From Escherichia phage Lw1, in sequence record KC801932: a stretch of DNA of 64,000 nucleotides. One strand, 5' to 3'. The notes below the pieces were generated by a model. That model was not told the origin of the DNA, did no database searches, and saw only the letters and a list, made by a program, of their open reading frames with translations. The number at the start of each line of letters is the position of its first letter. Position 1 is the stretch's first letter. A program made the translations under genes and the position numbers. Of this stretch, positions 47,341-57,026 are shown piece by piece.

Positions 47341-47578
47341 GTGTTATGGATGTATAGAGGCGCAAAAGTTACTTAAAGAAAAGGGAATTGAATACGTATT
47401 CTACCCTGTTCTGAAAGAAGCAAAGAATGACCTGGGCTTTGAGTACGATCGTCCACGAATTCAGGAATTAGCAAAGAGGGCGCGACAACGTAGTTTAGCG
47501 TTCCAGTACCCTCGAATTTTTGTCGATGAAAAACTCATTGGCGGTTATCTGCAATTGAAACAACTTATTGGTGATTAA
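47300..47578 (+). CDS. nrdH: glutaredoxin-like protein NrdH
   Basis: 92 aa from ATG 47300; MKVEIYG.P...C.GC..AK.LL...G glutaredoxin signature (C-x-x-C active site). Confidence 0.7.
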   Translation: MKVEIYGIPENVHKCYGCIEAQKLLKEKGIEYVFYPVLKEAKNDLGFEYDRPRIQELAKRARQRSLAFQYPRIFVDEKLIGGYLQLKQLIGD

Positions 47579-47890
47579 ATGAGCCGTGAAATTTTACTCC
47601 CTGCTGCAAACGCGATCCACGCTGAAACGATGGAATACATGGAAAATTTTGTTGAACGTGATAACACCGCGATCATCACTCCTATTCACTTGGACGCGCT
47701 TGAAGATAGTCTTCATAAGCAGATTAAAAATCAATTCCCTGAAAAAGTTAGTCGCAATTTTGTTCGTCAGGAAATCGTTGCAATGATCCTGAAACATTAC
47801 GGTGTCGAAATGTTCGGCGTTAAACCTATTGCGAAAACACAAAATGAAATTTCGGAAAAGACGATTAAGAAGTACGCTAAGAAGAAATGA
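47579..47890 (+). CDS. hypothetical protein
   Basis: 103 aa ORF; start overlaps the nrdH stop. Confidence 0.5.
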   Translation: MSREILLPAANAIHAETMEYMENFVERDNTAIITPIHLDALEDSLHKQIKNQFPEKVSRNFVRQEIVAMILKHYGVEMFGVKPIAKTQNEISEKTIKKYAKKK

Positions 47891-49314
47891 TTTTTGAAAC
47901 GATTGAATGTGTTCCGTCAAGTGGTAAGACAAAGGCGATTCTGAACCATATCAATCAAACGGGCGAAAAAGCAATCATAGCGTCGATTTCCATGATGTTA
48001 TCAAAGCAGTCTTACGACTACTACATCAATGAAGTAAAAGGGAAACGCGCTGTGATTGTGGACACGGATCACCGAACAAAACGAACCAACAATGATGCAC
48101 TGAAAGAAGTAATCAAAGATTACGATGTGATTTTTATCACTCATGCAGCGCTTAAAAATATCAATGACTTTGATTTGTATAAGGATTATTCCTTGTATAT
48201 TGATGAAGTTCCTGATTTGGTATCGTTCGAAAGTTTGCGATTTAATAGCAATATCAAGCACATACGCGAGATTTGCTTGCCGTTTAGTTGCAATGCCGAT
48301 GACATCGTTGATTTAAAACTTGACGAAGAAAAACGAGAACTGGTTACACGATTAGCCTATGATGGGCTAAGAAAACGTGATGATATCGCAGTTAAAATGT
48401 TCCCGCTTTACCGCGCTCTGTTGGGCGAAATTCCGGTAAAGATGCAATGCAGTGATACGGGATACGTATGCTACTTCGTAGAAGATCATGACGTTAGCCA
48501 GTGGAAGTTTAAAAATGTGACCATTGCTTCATCTAACATCAAGGACACGATAACAGGAAAAATCCTGAAAACGTTTCATGATGTGGAATTCGAAGAATCA
48601 CCGCTTCAAAAACTGGTGGACTTCAAGCAATACAAAAACACTGGGCGCATACATATACATGTGCTCGCAGAGGGGGATTATTCGCGTTATACGGGCGATC
48701 TCTCTCAATCTGGAACGACAGTATACACCCAGATTAAAAAACGCGTAGAGGCGCTTTTAGGGGGCGAACAGTTCATCTATTGCACCAACACGTACAGATC
48801 GAAGTTTAGTGAAGGGCAAGAAATTCCTTACAACTCGCATGGGTTGAACTTCTATTCAAGTTACACAAATGTGGTTGCGCTATTCAGTTACAACCCGTTA
48901 CCCTGGCTGCGTCAAATGCTTCGAGCGGTGGCGGTATCCTCTGGATTAGAAGAGGAAGAATTGGTTGATGCGTATGTTGTCAGTAAATACTATGAACCAG
49001 CCTTTCAATTATGCGCTCGTTCTGATATTCGCCACAACAACAGCAAACGCAAAATTAATTTGTTTGTGCCTGATATGCGGTTAGCAAAATACATGAAGGA
49101 AAAATATTTTCCTGATGCTGTTATCGAAACCACAGAAGCAGTACAAACGAAAAGGCAACGCAGATCATTTCAGTCTCTTTTCCAGATGACAGCACAAGAA
49201 ATAAATGCTTTCAACTGGTACAAAAAGAAACATAAACTTGAATTTGCTAATCCTCTTCATCACGCAATTGTGAAAGATTGGCTTAACAATTACCGTGAGA
49301 AAAAGGCGACTTGA
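47887..49314 (+). CDS. hypothetical P-loop protein
   Basis: 475 aa; Walker A-like VPSSGKTKA near the N-terminus and Walker B-like LYIDEV; family not recognised. Confidence 0.5.
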   Translation: MIFETIECVPSSGKTKAILNHINQTGEKAIIASISMMLSKQSYDYYINEVKGKRAVIVDTDHRTKRTNNDALKEVIKDYDVIFITHAALKNINDFDLYKDYSLYIDEVPDLVSFESLRFNSNIKHIREICLPFSCNADDIVDLKLDEEKRELVTRLAYDGLRKRDDIAVKMFPLYRALLGEIPVKMQCSDTGYVCYFVEDHDVSQWKFKNVTIASSNIKDTITGKILKTFHDVEFEESPLQKLVDFKQYKNTGRIHIHVLAEGDYSRYTGDLSQSGTTVYTQIKKRVEALLGGEQFIYCTNTYRSKFSEGQEIPYNSHGLNFYSSYTNVVALFSYNPLPWLRQMLRAVAVSSGLEEEELVDAYVVSKYYEPAFQLCARSDIRHNNSKRKINLFVPDMRLAKYMKEKYFPDAVIETTEAVQTKRQRRSFQSLFQMTAQEINAFNWYKKKHKLEFANPLHHAIVKDWLNNYREKKAT

Positions 49315-49329
49315 TGGTCGCCTTTTTTG
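49304..49329 (+). terminator. rho-independent terminator overlapping the stop codon
   Basis: GGCGAC-ttgatg-GTCGCC followed by TTTTTT; the TGA stop sits in the loop. Confidence 0.75.
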
Positions 49330-49331
49330 TT

Positions 49332-49339
49332 TATAAATA
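49332..49339 (+). promoter_or_regulatory. T4-type late promoter core TATAAATA upstream of gene 34
   Basis: Exact TATAAATA, 31 nt upstream of the gp34 ATG. Confidence 0.55.
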
Positions 49340-49369
49340 TCAATATTGAATAGATAAAGGAAAACGATA

Positions 49370-52300
49370 ATGGTAGCTAAATCATTCCGCGCCACAAGTG
49401 GCCTTGATGCTGCTGGCGAAAAGGTTATCAACGTTGGTAAAGCATCCCGCTCTGTGTTGAGCGACGGCGTGAACGTTGACTTTTTTAACGAATTTAACAC
49501 CGTGCAACAGTATGATCCCGATCGCGGATATTCTGCATACATGGCGATCATCTATGCGCGTCGTATTTGGTATGCTCGTGCTGATATTGCATCACCTGCT
49601 GGGGCATTCGATGAAACAAAATGGATCTCAACTCGTAACGATCCAAAATGGGTTTATAATAACGTAACCAGTGTTGACGGTCTTCCCGTTGAATCTGGCA
49701 CATACTTAATGGCTGATGGACGTTTTTCTGAACTGACCTATGTTCTGCCTGATTCCCCTGTAGAGGGTGATATTGTCACGATTAAAGATGGTGGCGGTAT
49801 GGTTGGTGTCAACAGTATGTTGGTACGTTCCAACACTCGTCAGATCCGTCTTCGTGATGCTCAGTCAAGTTCTTATCGACTGACTCACCCATATATGACC
49901 GTTGCGTTTATTTTTAACGGTAACTTATGGCGCGTTTCTGAAATGCGTGATAACAGGGATTCCCAGTTTGTTAACGCAACTGGTGCGGGTTCTTTCCAGA
50001 TGCAGTCCGGTATGGTTACGTTCCGTAATAGCGGTACTGGTAAAATCACTCTGCAATTGCCGAAATATGCAAACGATGGTGACTCAATCACAACCTATGA
50101 CCTGGATAAACTCAGTTCTGTAAACGTTGCGACTTTGCAGGTTTACCCGAACAGCGGACATACTATTACGTATGATAGCATTAACGGCGTAACCTCTGTT
50201 GCTTCACAGCGTTCCGGTTATGGTATATTCATCTTTGACCAGACTAACAACCGCTGGGTTGTCTATGATGGTGATAACCGCGTTCGTCTGCGTCGTATCA
50301 GTGACGACCTGAACATGCTCCCGAATGATTATGTTTTCGTTACTCCTATTGCTGGGAACCCCCCTACAGTACGTAACGTAACATTAACCCTCCCGCAAGA
50401 TGTTGCAGAAGGGGATCGCGTGTACATCAGTATGTACATGATGGGTAAAACGCAGAACTGTACGATCAAAGTTAAAGATGGTTCTGGTGAAACGATCCGT
50501 ACCAACAAAAACATGATGCAGTTCCCACAGCGTAAAGATTATCCACCTGATGACTGGTTCAGTGTAACTACGCTTTCGTTTAACGCTGATACTGACTATC
50601 TTCCGTATATGGAATTGTCTTATCTGAAAGCAACGAAAGAATGGGTTGTTGCACAATATCGACCACTGGTTGAACGTGTCGATCCGACTAACCGTTCTCG
50701 TCTGGGTGTTATCGCTCTGGCTACTCAAGCAGAAGTGAACAAGAACCATGAAGATACACCGTCCGATGAACTGGCAGTAACCCCGCGCACACTGGCGAAT
50801 AAAACTGCTACTGAAACGCGTCGTGGTATTGCTCGCCTGGCGACAACTGCGGAAGTAAACCAGAACACTACGGCTACTTTTTTGGATGACGTAATCGTAA
50901 CGCCTAAAAAGCTGAACGAACGTACAGCAACAGAAGATCGTCGCGGTATACTGGAAATTGCAACTCAGGCAGAAACAAACGCTGGTACTGATGACAATAC
51001 CGCAATCACGCCTAAAAAGCTCGATGCGCGTCGTGCGTCCGAAACTTTAGCAGGTATCGGTAAACTCGTCACAACAGGCGATACGACTGCTGAGGGGGCT
51101 TTACGTGGGGATGCTGGCACTAACGTCTATAACTTCAATAACGGTGTTGATCTGATCACTCCGAAATCGTTGAACGAAAAGACGGCAACCGAGAAATCAA
51201 AAGGTTTGGTTGTTCTCGCGACTGAAAACGAAGTGGTTACGGGTGCTGCTGCGGGATCTGCTTCAATGCCGATCGTAGTTACTCCTGAAATGCTGCATCG
51301 TAAAACGTCTACTGAGGCGCGGATCGGTTTGATTGAGATCGCTACCCAAACAGAAACAAACGCGGGTACTGATGATTTACGTGCGGTTACTCCTAAGAAA
51401 CTGAACGATCGTAAAGCGACGGAAACCCTTGACGGCATTATTGCACTGGCAACCACTGCGGAAGTTGCGGCAGGGACAGTAACCAATAAGGCAGTTGTTC
51501 CGGTTAAACTGAAAGAGTTCTTCGACGTTACGAGTCATGTTGCTGTTGCGACTGTTGACGGCTTGACTCAATCAGGTACTATCTGGACAACGGTTAATCT
51601 GGGGATCGCGGCTGCTACTGAAACTCAACGTGGTACTTTACGCGTTGCAACTCAGGCAGAAACAAACGCGGGTACTCTTGATACTGTTATCATCACTGCG
51701 AAGAAACTGCAAGCGAAAAAAGCAACTGACACAGCAGAAGGTATCATTCGTTGTGCAACTAACAGCGAAGCGGCTGCGGGTACTTCAACGACTCTTGCAA
51801 TCACTCCGGCTACCATGCAATATCTGAATGGTAACGATCCGGCGTGGGGTGCAACCACTGTTCGTCGTGGTGCTGTGTTTATCACGACTAAATCGAATAC
51901 GTTTATCGGTGATAATCTGGTCGGTTCTACACAGCCAGTGGATAACTATCTGGAAGATTTCTACGCTGTATCGCCTCGCGGTTTGAACTATGCTTTGCAG
52001 AACTTCTTACCTTTGAATGCGACAGCACAGAATAGCCTGAAACTGGGTGGCGTTGTTGCTGCAAGCTGGATGCGTCGTGATGCTGATCAAACCGTAACGG
52101 GCAACAACACGTTCAACGGTACGAGTAACTTTGTGGGTAACGTAACCACTAACGGAACTCTGACGGCTAACGCGGCGGTGACTGTAAACAATACCGTAAC
52201 GACGAACAACAACATTAACCAGTCTGCGAAAGCAAACACTGTTTATGCAAATACGGTTCTGAGTTCTGCGGCTGCTGGTACTAAAAACCTGCTTCGTACT

Positions 52301-53029
52301 TTCCGTGGTGGTACAACGGATACAACGTGGCATGAAACGGTACAAGCAAGTGCATATCGCCTGGCGACTGGTACAACGGATACTGTTGATGTTCTGACGG
52401 TTGGTGATACCACAAACGGTGTTCTGGCTTACTACGGTAACACGTTGCGCCTGAACAGCAAAGCACTGGCGAATATTAACGCAAACGGTGATGTTGCTAT
52501 TGCAAGTGACGCAAGTCCTTCGATACAATTACGAACCGCTGCAACAAACGGCTGGAACGGGGTTGTTATCAGTAACGACAACGGAACTACCACAGCGACG
52601 GTGATCAACACTCGCAACTTTACCCAACACCTTGACAGTACCTATGTCAACGTAACGGGTGACACGATGACTGGCACACTGTCAGTTAACGTTAGCGGTA
52701 CGGGTGGACGCTTTACCAGTGTAAGCGGTACAGCACATATTCAGGCAGGTGATTTCGCTGGGGCAACTCAGAAAATGCGTCTGACTGGTATCAATGACCA
52801 GGTATTGACTGAATTTAACATCAATATCACCGATTACAATAAAGCGATGATCAACGGCAACCTGATCTATCATGCAGGTCGTAAGCCTACTCCGGCAGAA
52901 ATCGGGGCGGTTGCGGTTGCAGGTTCGACGGTTGATACGCTGGTTGTTCGTGACTACATCAAGATCGGAAACGTGAAAATCTACGCAAATCCAGTCACTA
53001 AGACTTGTGAATTTGAGTGGGAGGAATAA
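49370..53029 (+). CDS. 34: long tail fibre proximal subunit gp34
   Basis: 1219 aa; N-terminus FRATSGLDAAGEKVINV...GVNVDF...NTVQQYDPDRGY...KPAGAFDETKW matches recalled T4 gp34; many repeats of the fibre motif A-T-Q/T-A-E-x-N-A-G-T-DD-x-x-A-x-TPKKL. Confidence 0.88.
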   Translation: MVAKSFRATSGLDAAGEKVINVGKASRSVLSDGVNVDFFNEFNTVQQYDPDRGYSAYMAIIYARRIWYARADIASPAGAFDETKWISTRNDPKWVYNNVTSVDGLPVESGTYLMADGRFSELTYVLPDSPVEGDIVTIKDGGGMVGVNSMLVRSNTRQIRLRDAQSSSYRLTHPYMTVAFIFNGNLWRVSEMRDNRDSQFVNATGAGSFQMQSGMVTFRNSGTGKITLQLPKYANDGDSITTYDLDKLSSVNVATLQVYPNSGHTITYDSINGVTSVASQRSGYGIFIFDQTNNRWVVYDGDNRVRLRRISDDLNMLPNDYVFVTPIAGNPPTVRNVTLTLPQDVAEGDRVYISMYMMGKTQNCTIKVKDGSGETIRTNKNMMQFPQRKDYPPDDWFSVTTLSFNADTDYLPYMELSYLKATKEWVVAQYRPLVERVDPTNRSRLGVIALATQAEVNKNHEDTPSDELAVTPRTLANKTATETRRGIARLATTAEVNQNTTATFLDDVIVTPKKLNERTATEDRRGILEIATQAETNAGTDDNTAITPKKLDARRASETLAGIGKLVTTGDTTAEGALRGDAGTNVYNFNNGVDLITPKSLNEKTATEKSKGLVVLATENEVVTGAAAGSASMPIVVTPEMLHRKTSTEARIGLIEIATQTETNAGTDDLRAVTPKKLNDRKATETLDGIIALATTAEVAAGTVTNKAVVPVKLKEFFDVTSHVAVATVDGLTQSGTIWTTVNLGIAAATETQRGTLRVATQAETNAGTLDTVIITAKKLQAKKATDTAEGIIRCATNSEAAAGTSTTLAITPATMQYLNGNDPAWGATTVRRGAVFITTKSNTFIGDNLVGSTQPVDNYLEDFYAVSPRGLNYALQNFLPLNATAQNSLKLGGVVAASWMRRDADQTVTGNNTFNGTSNFVGNVTTNGTLTANAAVTVNNTVTTNNNINQSAKANTVYANTVLSSAAAGTKNLLRTFRGGTTDTTWHETVQASAYRLATGTTDTVDVLTVGDTTNGVLAYYGNTLRLNSKALANINANGDVAIASDASPSIQLRTAATNGWNGVVISNDNGTTTATVINTRNFTQHLDSTYVNVTGDTMTGTLSVNVSGTGGRFTSVSGTAHIQAGDFAGATQKMRLTGINDQVLTEFNINITDYNKAMINGNLIYHAGRKPTPAEIGAVAVAGSTVDTLVVRDYIKIGNVKIYANPVTKTCEFEWEE

Positions 53030-53034
53030 TTTAA

Positions 53035-54615
53035 ATGGCGAATAACGAATTCATGGCGTTATTCGGCCCTGATAGTTTCACGGCGAATGTGTTTTCAGAA
53101 GCAAACGCCGTGAAATATCGGCTTGTTGTGCGTGGGGCTAATTTAAGCTCTACGCTCAACACGGTCGAGGTTTCTATTAACGGGGCTGATATTATCAACC
53201 GAAACACACAACGCGATCGCGGAATTAACCTAGCTATTATTGACGGAACAACTTTAGCATTATTGGATCACAAGACATTTGATATGTACGGCGATCCTGC
53301 TACGAACGGGAATGCACTTAGGGATTATCTGGATTCTCTTCCCGCGAATAGAATTGTGTGTTTTTATACCTACGACGCAATAGGCGGTGATGCTAACTTT
53401 ACTACAATCATGCGTAAGTTGGGATCTGTTGCATGGCCCGAAGCAAGATATTTTTCAAATGACGATCGTCGTCGTTCATCATATTCTGCGATCTATTCAT
53501 CAACCATGAAGAAAATCTGTATGGAAAACTTTGTGGGTGGTGCTGGTTCTGCTTCAAAGGATGACACCAGAAGTTTTGTTGAAGTCGTATTTGACGAATT
53601 CAGCGATATAGGCGTGACGGGTATTCCTGAACGTATGGTTGATGACGTAAACACATATCAAAACAGTGGTACAATGTACGGATATCATGCGTATGGTTTA
53701 TGGAATGTTGGAACCGATGTATTCCGTGGGGATATATTCAAAGTTACAGCAGACGTTTACTGTTCGCAAGAACTCCGAGATGCTGGCGGTGATACATATC
53801 TTTATATCTGGACTGAAACGACTGGTTCGCAATGGGTAACGTCTTCACTGATCCGAACTTTGGGTCTTGCTGCTGATACATGGCATTCGTTGTCTATGTA
53901 TTTCACGATCCCACAGGGAACAGAAAACGCTAAGATGGGATGTCAGGTTTATCACTATCCGTCAACTGTTAGCGTTGGTTTGTCTCAGTGTCGTAATGTT
54001 CAGATCTCAAAAGTACCACGCGAAGAAGTAAATCGTAATGGCGCTGCAATTGGTGTGAACGGTGTACGTATGCAGACGCTTTCCGAAGTCGATGATGCTG
54101 GAACCGAAAACCCGATTGAACAGTTGCTTTCATTGCCTGTATCACCTGCTGGAACACCGAGCAATAAAACGATTGTTTCACATAACTTCGCAGAACTCGA
54201 TTATCTTGTTTCTGATCCGGTTGAATACACGTCAACGGATACAACGAAATACTTGGTTAAAGAGTGGGCGAATAAACAGTATGATTCTGCTACCGTTTCT
54301 CTAAGCAGTGTGGGGGCTAAACCTGGCGATACAATGAGAATTGCTATCCAGGCCAAACGCGATGCAACGGCGATTTCTAACGATAAACGTTCGTTGGTTA
54401 CTGCACAATTCCTTGATGCTAACGGTCAGTATCTGTCAACTGATATACGCATTCAAGATGTAAGCACTATTCCGAACGTGTATACATTCTACAAGATGGA
54501 AGGTGTTATTCCTGATAATGCTGTTACATTTAACTTCGGGTTTTATCGTTATCCGAATAATACACGAACAGGATCTGTGTCTGTTAAAGACGTTAAACTG
54601 TCTATCGTTCGTTAA
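53035..54615 (+). CDS. 35: long tail fibre hinge protein gp35
   Basis: 526 aa; N-terminus MANNEFMALFG....FSEANAVKYRL and NRIV motif align with recalled T4 gp35 N-terminus; larger than T4 gp35. Confidence 0.72.
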   Translation: MANNEFMALFGPDSFTANVFSEANAVKYRLVVRGANLSSTLNTVEVSINGADIINRNTQRDRGINLAIIDGTTLALLDHKTFDMYGDPATNGNALRDYLDSLPANRIVCFYTYDAIGGDANFTTIMRKLGSVAWPEARYFSNDDRRRSSYSAIYSSTMKKICMENFVGGAGSASKDDTRSFVEVVFDEFSDIGVTGIPERMVDDVNTYQNSGTMYGYHAYGLWNVGTDVFRGDIFKVTADVYCSQELRDAGGDTYLYIWTETTGSQWVTSSLIRTLGLAADTWHSLSMYFTIPQGTENAKMGCQVYHYPSTVSVGLSQCRNVQISKVPREEVNRNGAAIGVNGVRMQTLSEVDDAGTENPIEQLLSLPVSPAGTPSNKTIVSHNFAELDYLVSDPVEYTSTDTTKYLVKEWANKQYDSATVSLSSVGAKPGDTMRIAIQAKRDATAISNDKRSLVTAQFLDANGQYLSTDIRIQDVSTIPNVYTFYKMEGVIPDNAVTFNFGFYRYPNNTRTGSVSVKDVKLSIVR

Positions 54616-54634
54616 GGGGCTTTGGCCCCTTTTT
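54614..54634 (+). terminator. rho-independent terminator after gene 35
   Basis: AAGGGGC-tttg-GCCCCTT followed by TTTTC. Confidence 0.7.
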
Positions 54635-54718
54635 CATAAATACAGTCATTATAGGAGAATTTTATGGCTGATTTGAAATGGGGGCGCTGGTATCTGGAGT
54701 GCGTCAAACCTTCCGTTA

Positions 54719-56965
54719 ATGCCGTCCGGTGGACAAATAACGTATAAAGGCTGGCGTATCTATACCGAAAATGATCGCCCGACAGCGGAAGATATAGGCG
54801 CATTATCACTTGCTAATGGTGGTACTGTAAACAATGATACAACATTCAATAAAGACGTAACCGTAGGCGTTAACGCTGTTGTAGGGGCGTTGTTTTCAAG
54901 ATCGTATATTGATATTACTCGATCAGGAACTGAACCAAACATTGTATTTCGTCGCTCAGACGTTACTACTACGCCAACAACAGAACAAGCCCTTTTAATA
55001 ATTAACGCTATGAATGGGGCTAATCTTACTGCTGGTACGTTTAATATTCATGCGCGACCTGATGGTGGAAACAAGGTTTATATTACTGCGTATAAATCAG
55101 GATCGCAAAATACCTCATTGACTCTTGATTCACAGACACAATCGGTAACGGTAGAACAAGGTACTTTCCGTGTGCAAGGAAATACTGTTCTTGCTGGTAC
55201 TACGGCAACCAGTATGGCTGTATCTGGTGCGTTGACTGCGAATACCGTTACTCCGACGAACTGGTCAAATCATGACGTTCGTTATATGACGGGTATTCCT
55301 AACAACATAACAGGAACAAGCCTGGGTGCTGCTGAGGTAACTGAAAAGAACGATGTCCTGTCTGTATCAGGTAATATTGTTGATGGGCCTTACGGGAATA
55401 CCACGTATAACGGTCAGGTGTTGAACTATCGCCGTACTTCAAACGCTGGTAATGCTCTTACTCAGTTTTATCTGGATAATGGTGTATTCCATGTTCGTAG
55501 CGGTTCTGGTTCCCCCGGTGCGTGGTCGTGGATTGGTGGTAATGCTAACGGATGGCGCAAGGTTTACGACGAAAATAATAAGCCCACTCCGGCAGAAATC
55601 GGGGCGTTGAAAAACACAACCGATACGTTGAACGGTTCGTTAACTATCAATAGTGGTTCTTCGTTTGCTGGACTTTCTATAAGAAGTACCGCTGGACAAA
55701 GTGAATATCAGTTTGGAACAGCAACAAACACTGGTCATATCGGTATCGGAACAGTAGATCTGTATATTGGAAACCTTACCTCTGGTAAGTATATCCAAAT
55801 GTCGCATAACGGGGCTTTGACTTATTCAGGCGCGAAGATTTATCGTTCTGATGATAAACCAACTCCGAAAGAAATTGGCGCACCGACAACAGAAACTGCG
55901 TATATTAGTAATAACGATTCTATATGGGTTAAAATTGGCACTGCTACCGTAGTGCAATCAGCATCAACAATGAGCATCCGTATTACTGGTGGTTCCGGTT
56001 ATAATGCAGAACCTTCACAAGCACAATATGCGGATATTATCATTCGTAGCAACAACGGGGAATCGAAATCAATCGGCATTTCTATGTTCCGTACTGGTGC
56101 TTCTGCTCCTGGACAAGTTGGTTGGATTTATACAGGGACAGGGGATGATTATGACATCTATGTAGCTGTTGGCCCGTATCAACAAGGTGTTATGTTAACG
56201 TGGGATGGGACAGCACCAACTAAGTTTGTGCATAACATTGTTCCTGGAACAGGAACACAACCTGCTGGACTTACTCTGGGTATCACAAGCACATTGTTAA
56301 ACAGTGTGGATAGAGCAGTAACCAGTAGTGCTGTATTGAACGGTAAAACAACGCTTGCTGGCTATCTTCAATTGGATGGTACTGAGAGCACTATTCGAGG
56401 GATATACGGCGATGTCATTTTAAGGGATCATAATAATGGTAACGTGTCAGTTTCTGCTTCTCGTATAAATGGTACTCCTGGTACTCTTTATGTAGGTTAT
56501 CATAACCCAGGCATTGGTATATATTGTGCGGGTATTCGATTAGAAACTCCTACATTTGCCGCGAGTACGCTAACATGTAATGCTACATTATCATGTAACA
56601 GCAATATAACCGCTACTGGTGAAATTTATACAGCGAACAACGGCAACTTTAACGATGTGTATATTCGTTCCGATGAAAAACTGAAAAGTAATTTCAAAAA
56701 GATTGAAAACGCGTTGGATAAAGTTGATTTGATTGATGGTTTAACTTACGATAAAGCAAGTTATATCGGGGGCGAAACTGTTAATCGCGAAGCGGGTTTG
56801 ATTGCACAGCAACTACAGAAAGTATTACCGGAAGCTGTTGCGGTCAGTCGTGATGCAAAAGATAACGAAGTATTGGTGATCTCGCCTACGGCTACAATCG
56901 CTTTGCTGGTTAATGCGATCAAGGAACTGCGTGAAGAAGTAAGGGAACTCAAATCCCGAATTTAA
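54719..56965 (+). CDS. distal tail fibre protein A (gp36/gp37-like) with C-terminal intramolecular chaperone (peptidase S74-type) domain; 5' end apparently frameshifted
   Basis: 748-aa track ORF; the conserved fibre N-terminus MADLK is encoded from ATG 54664 (GGAG 8 nt upstream) in the -1 frame and joins this frame across a G5 run at 54680-54684; C-terminus YIRSDEKLKSNFKKIENAL...EAGLIAQQLQKVLPEAV matches the self-cleaving chaperone domain of endosialidase/T5 pb1-type fibres. Confidence 0.7.
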   Translation: MPSGGQITYKGWRIYTENDRPTAEDIGALSLANGGTVNNDTTFNKDVTVGVNAVVGALFSRSYIDITRSGTEPNIVFRRSDVTTTPTTEQALLIINAMNGANLTAGTFNIHARPDGGNKVYITAYKSGSQNTSLTLDSQTQSVTVEQGTFRVQGNTVLAGTTATSMAVSGALTANTVTPTNWSNHDVRYMTGIPNNITGTSLGAAEVTEKNDVLSVSGNIVDGPYGNTTYNGQVLNYRRTSNAGNALTQFYLDNGVFHVRSGSGSPGAWSWIGGNANGWRKVYDENNKPTPAEIGALKNTTDTLNGSLTINSGSSFAGLSIRSTAGQSEYQFGTATNTGHIGIGTVDLYIGNLTSGKYIQMSHNGALTYSGAKIYRSDDKPTPKEIGAPTTETAYISNNDSIWVKIGTATVVQSASTMSIRITGGSGYNAEPSQAQYADIIIRSNNGESKSIGISMFRTGASAPGQVGWIYTGTGDDYDIYVAVGPYQQGVMLTWDGTAPTKFVHNIVPGTGTQPAGLTLGITSTLLNSVDRAVTSSAVLNGKTTLAGYLQLDGTESTIRGIYGDVILRDHNNGNVSVSASRINGTPGTLYVGYHNPGIGIYCAGIRLETPTFAASTLTCNATLSCNSNITATGEIYTANNGNFNDVYIRSDEKLKSNFKKIENALDKVDLIDGLTYDKASYIGGETVNREAGLIAQQLQKVLPEAVAVSRDAKDNEVLVISPTATIALLVNAIKELREEVRELKSRI

Positions 56966-56969
56966 GAAA

Positions 56970-56990
56970 AGCCCTACGGGGCTTTTTCTT
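56970..56990 (+). terminator. rho-independent terminator
   Basis: AGCCC-tacg-GGGCT followed by TTTTTC. Confidence 0.7.
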
Positions 56991-56992
56991 TT

Positions 56993-57000
56993 TATAAATA
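56993..57000 (+). promoter_or_regulatory. T4-type late promoter core TATAAATA upstream of the second distal fibre gene
   Basis: Exact TATAAATA, 27 nt upstream of ATG 57027. Confidence 0.55.
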
Positions 57001-57026
57001 TCATAAAAGCATTTGAGGATCTAATA

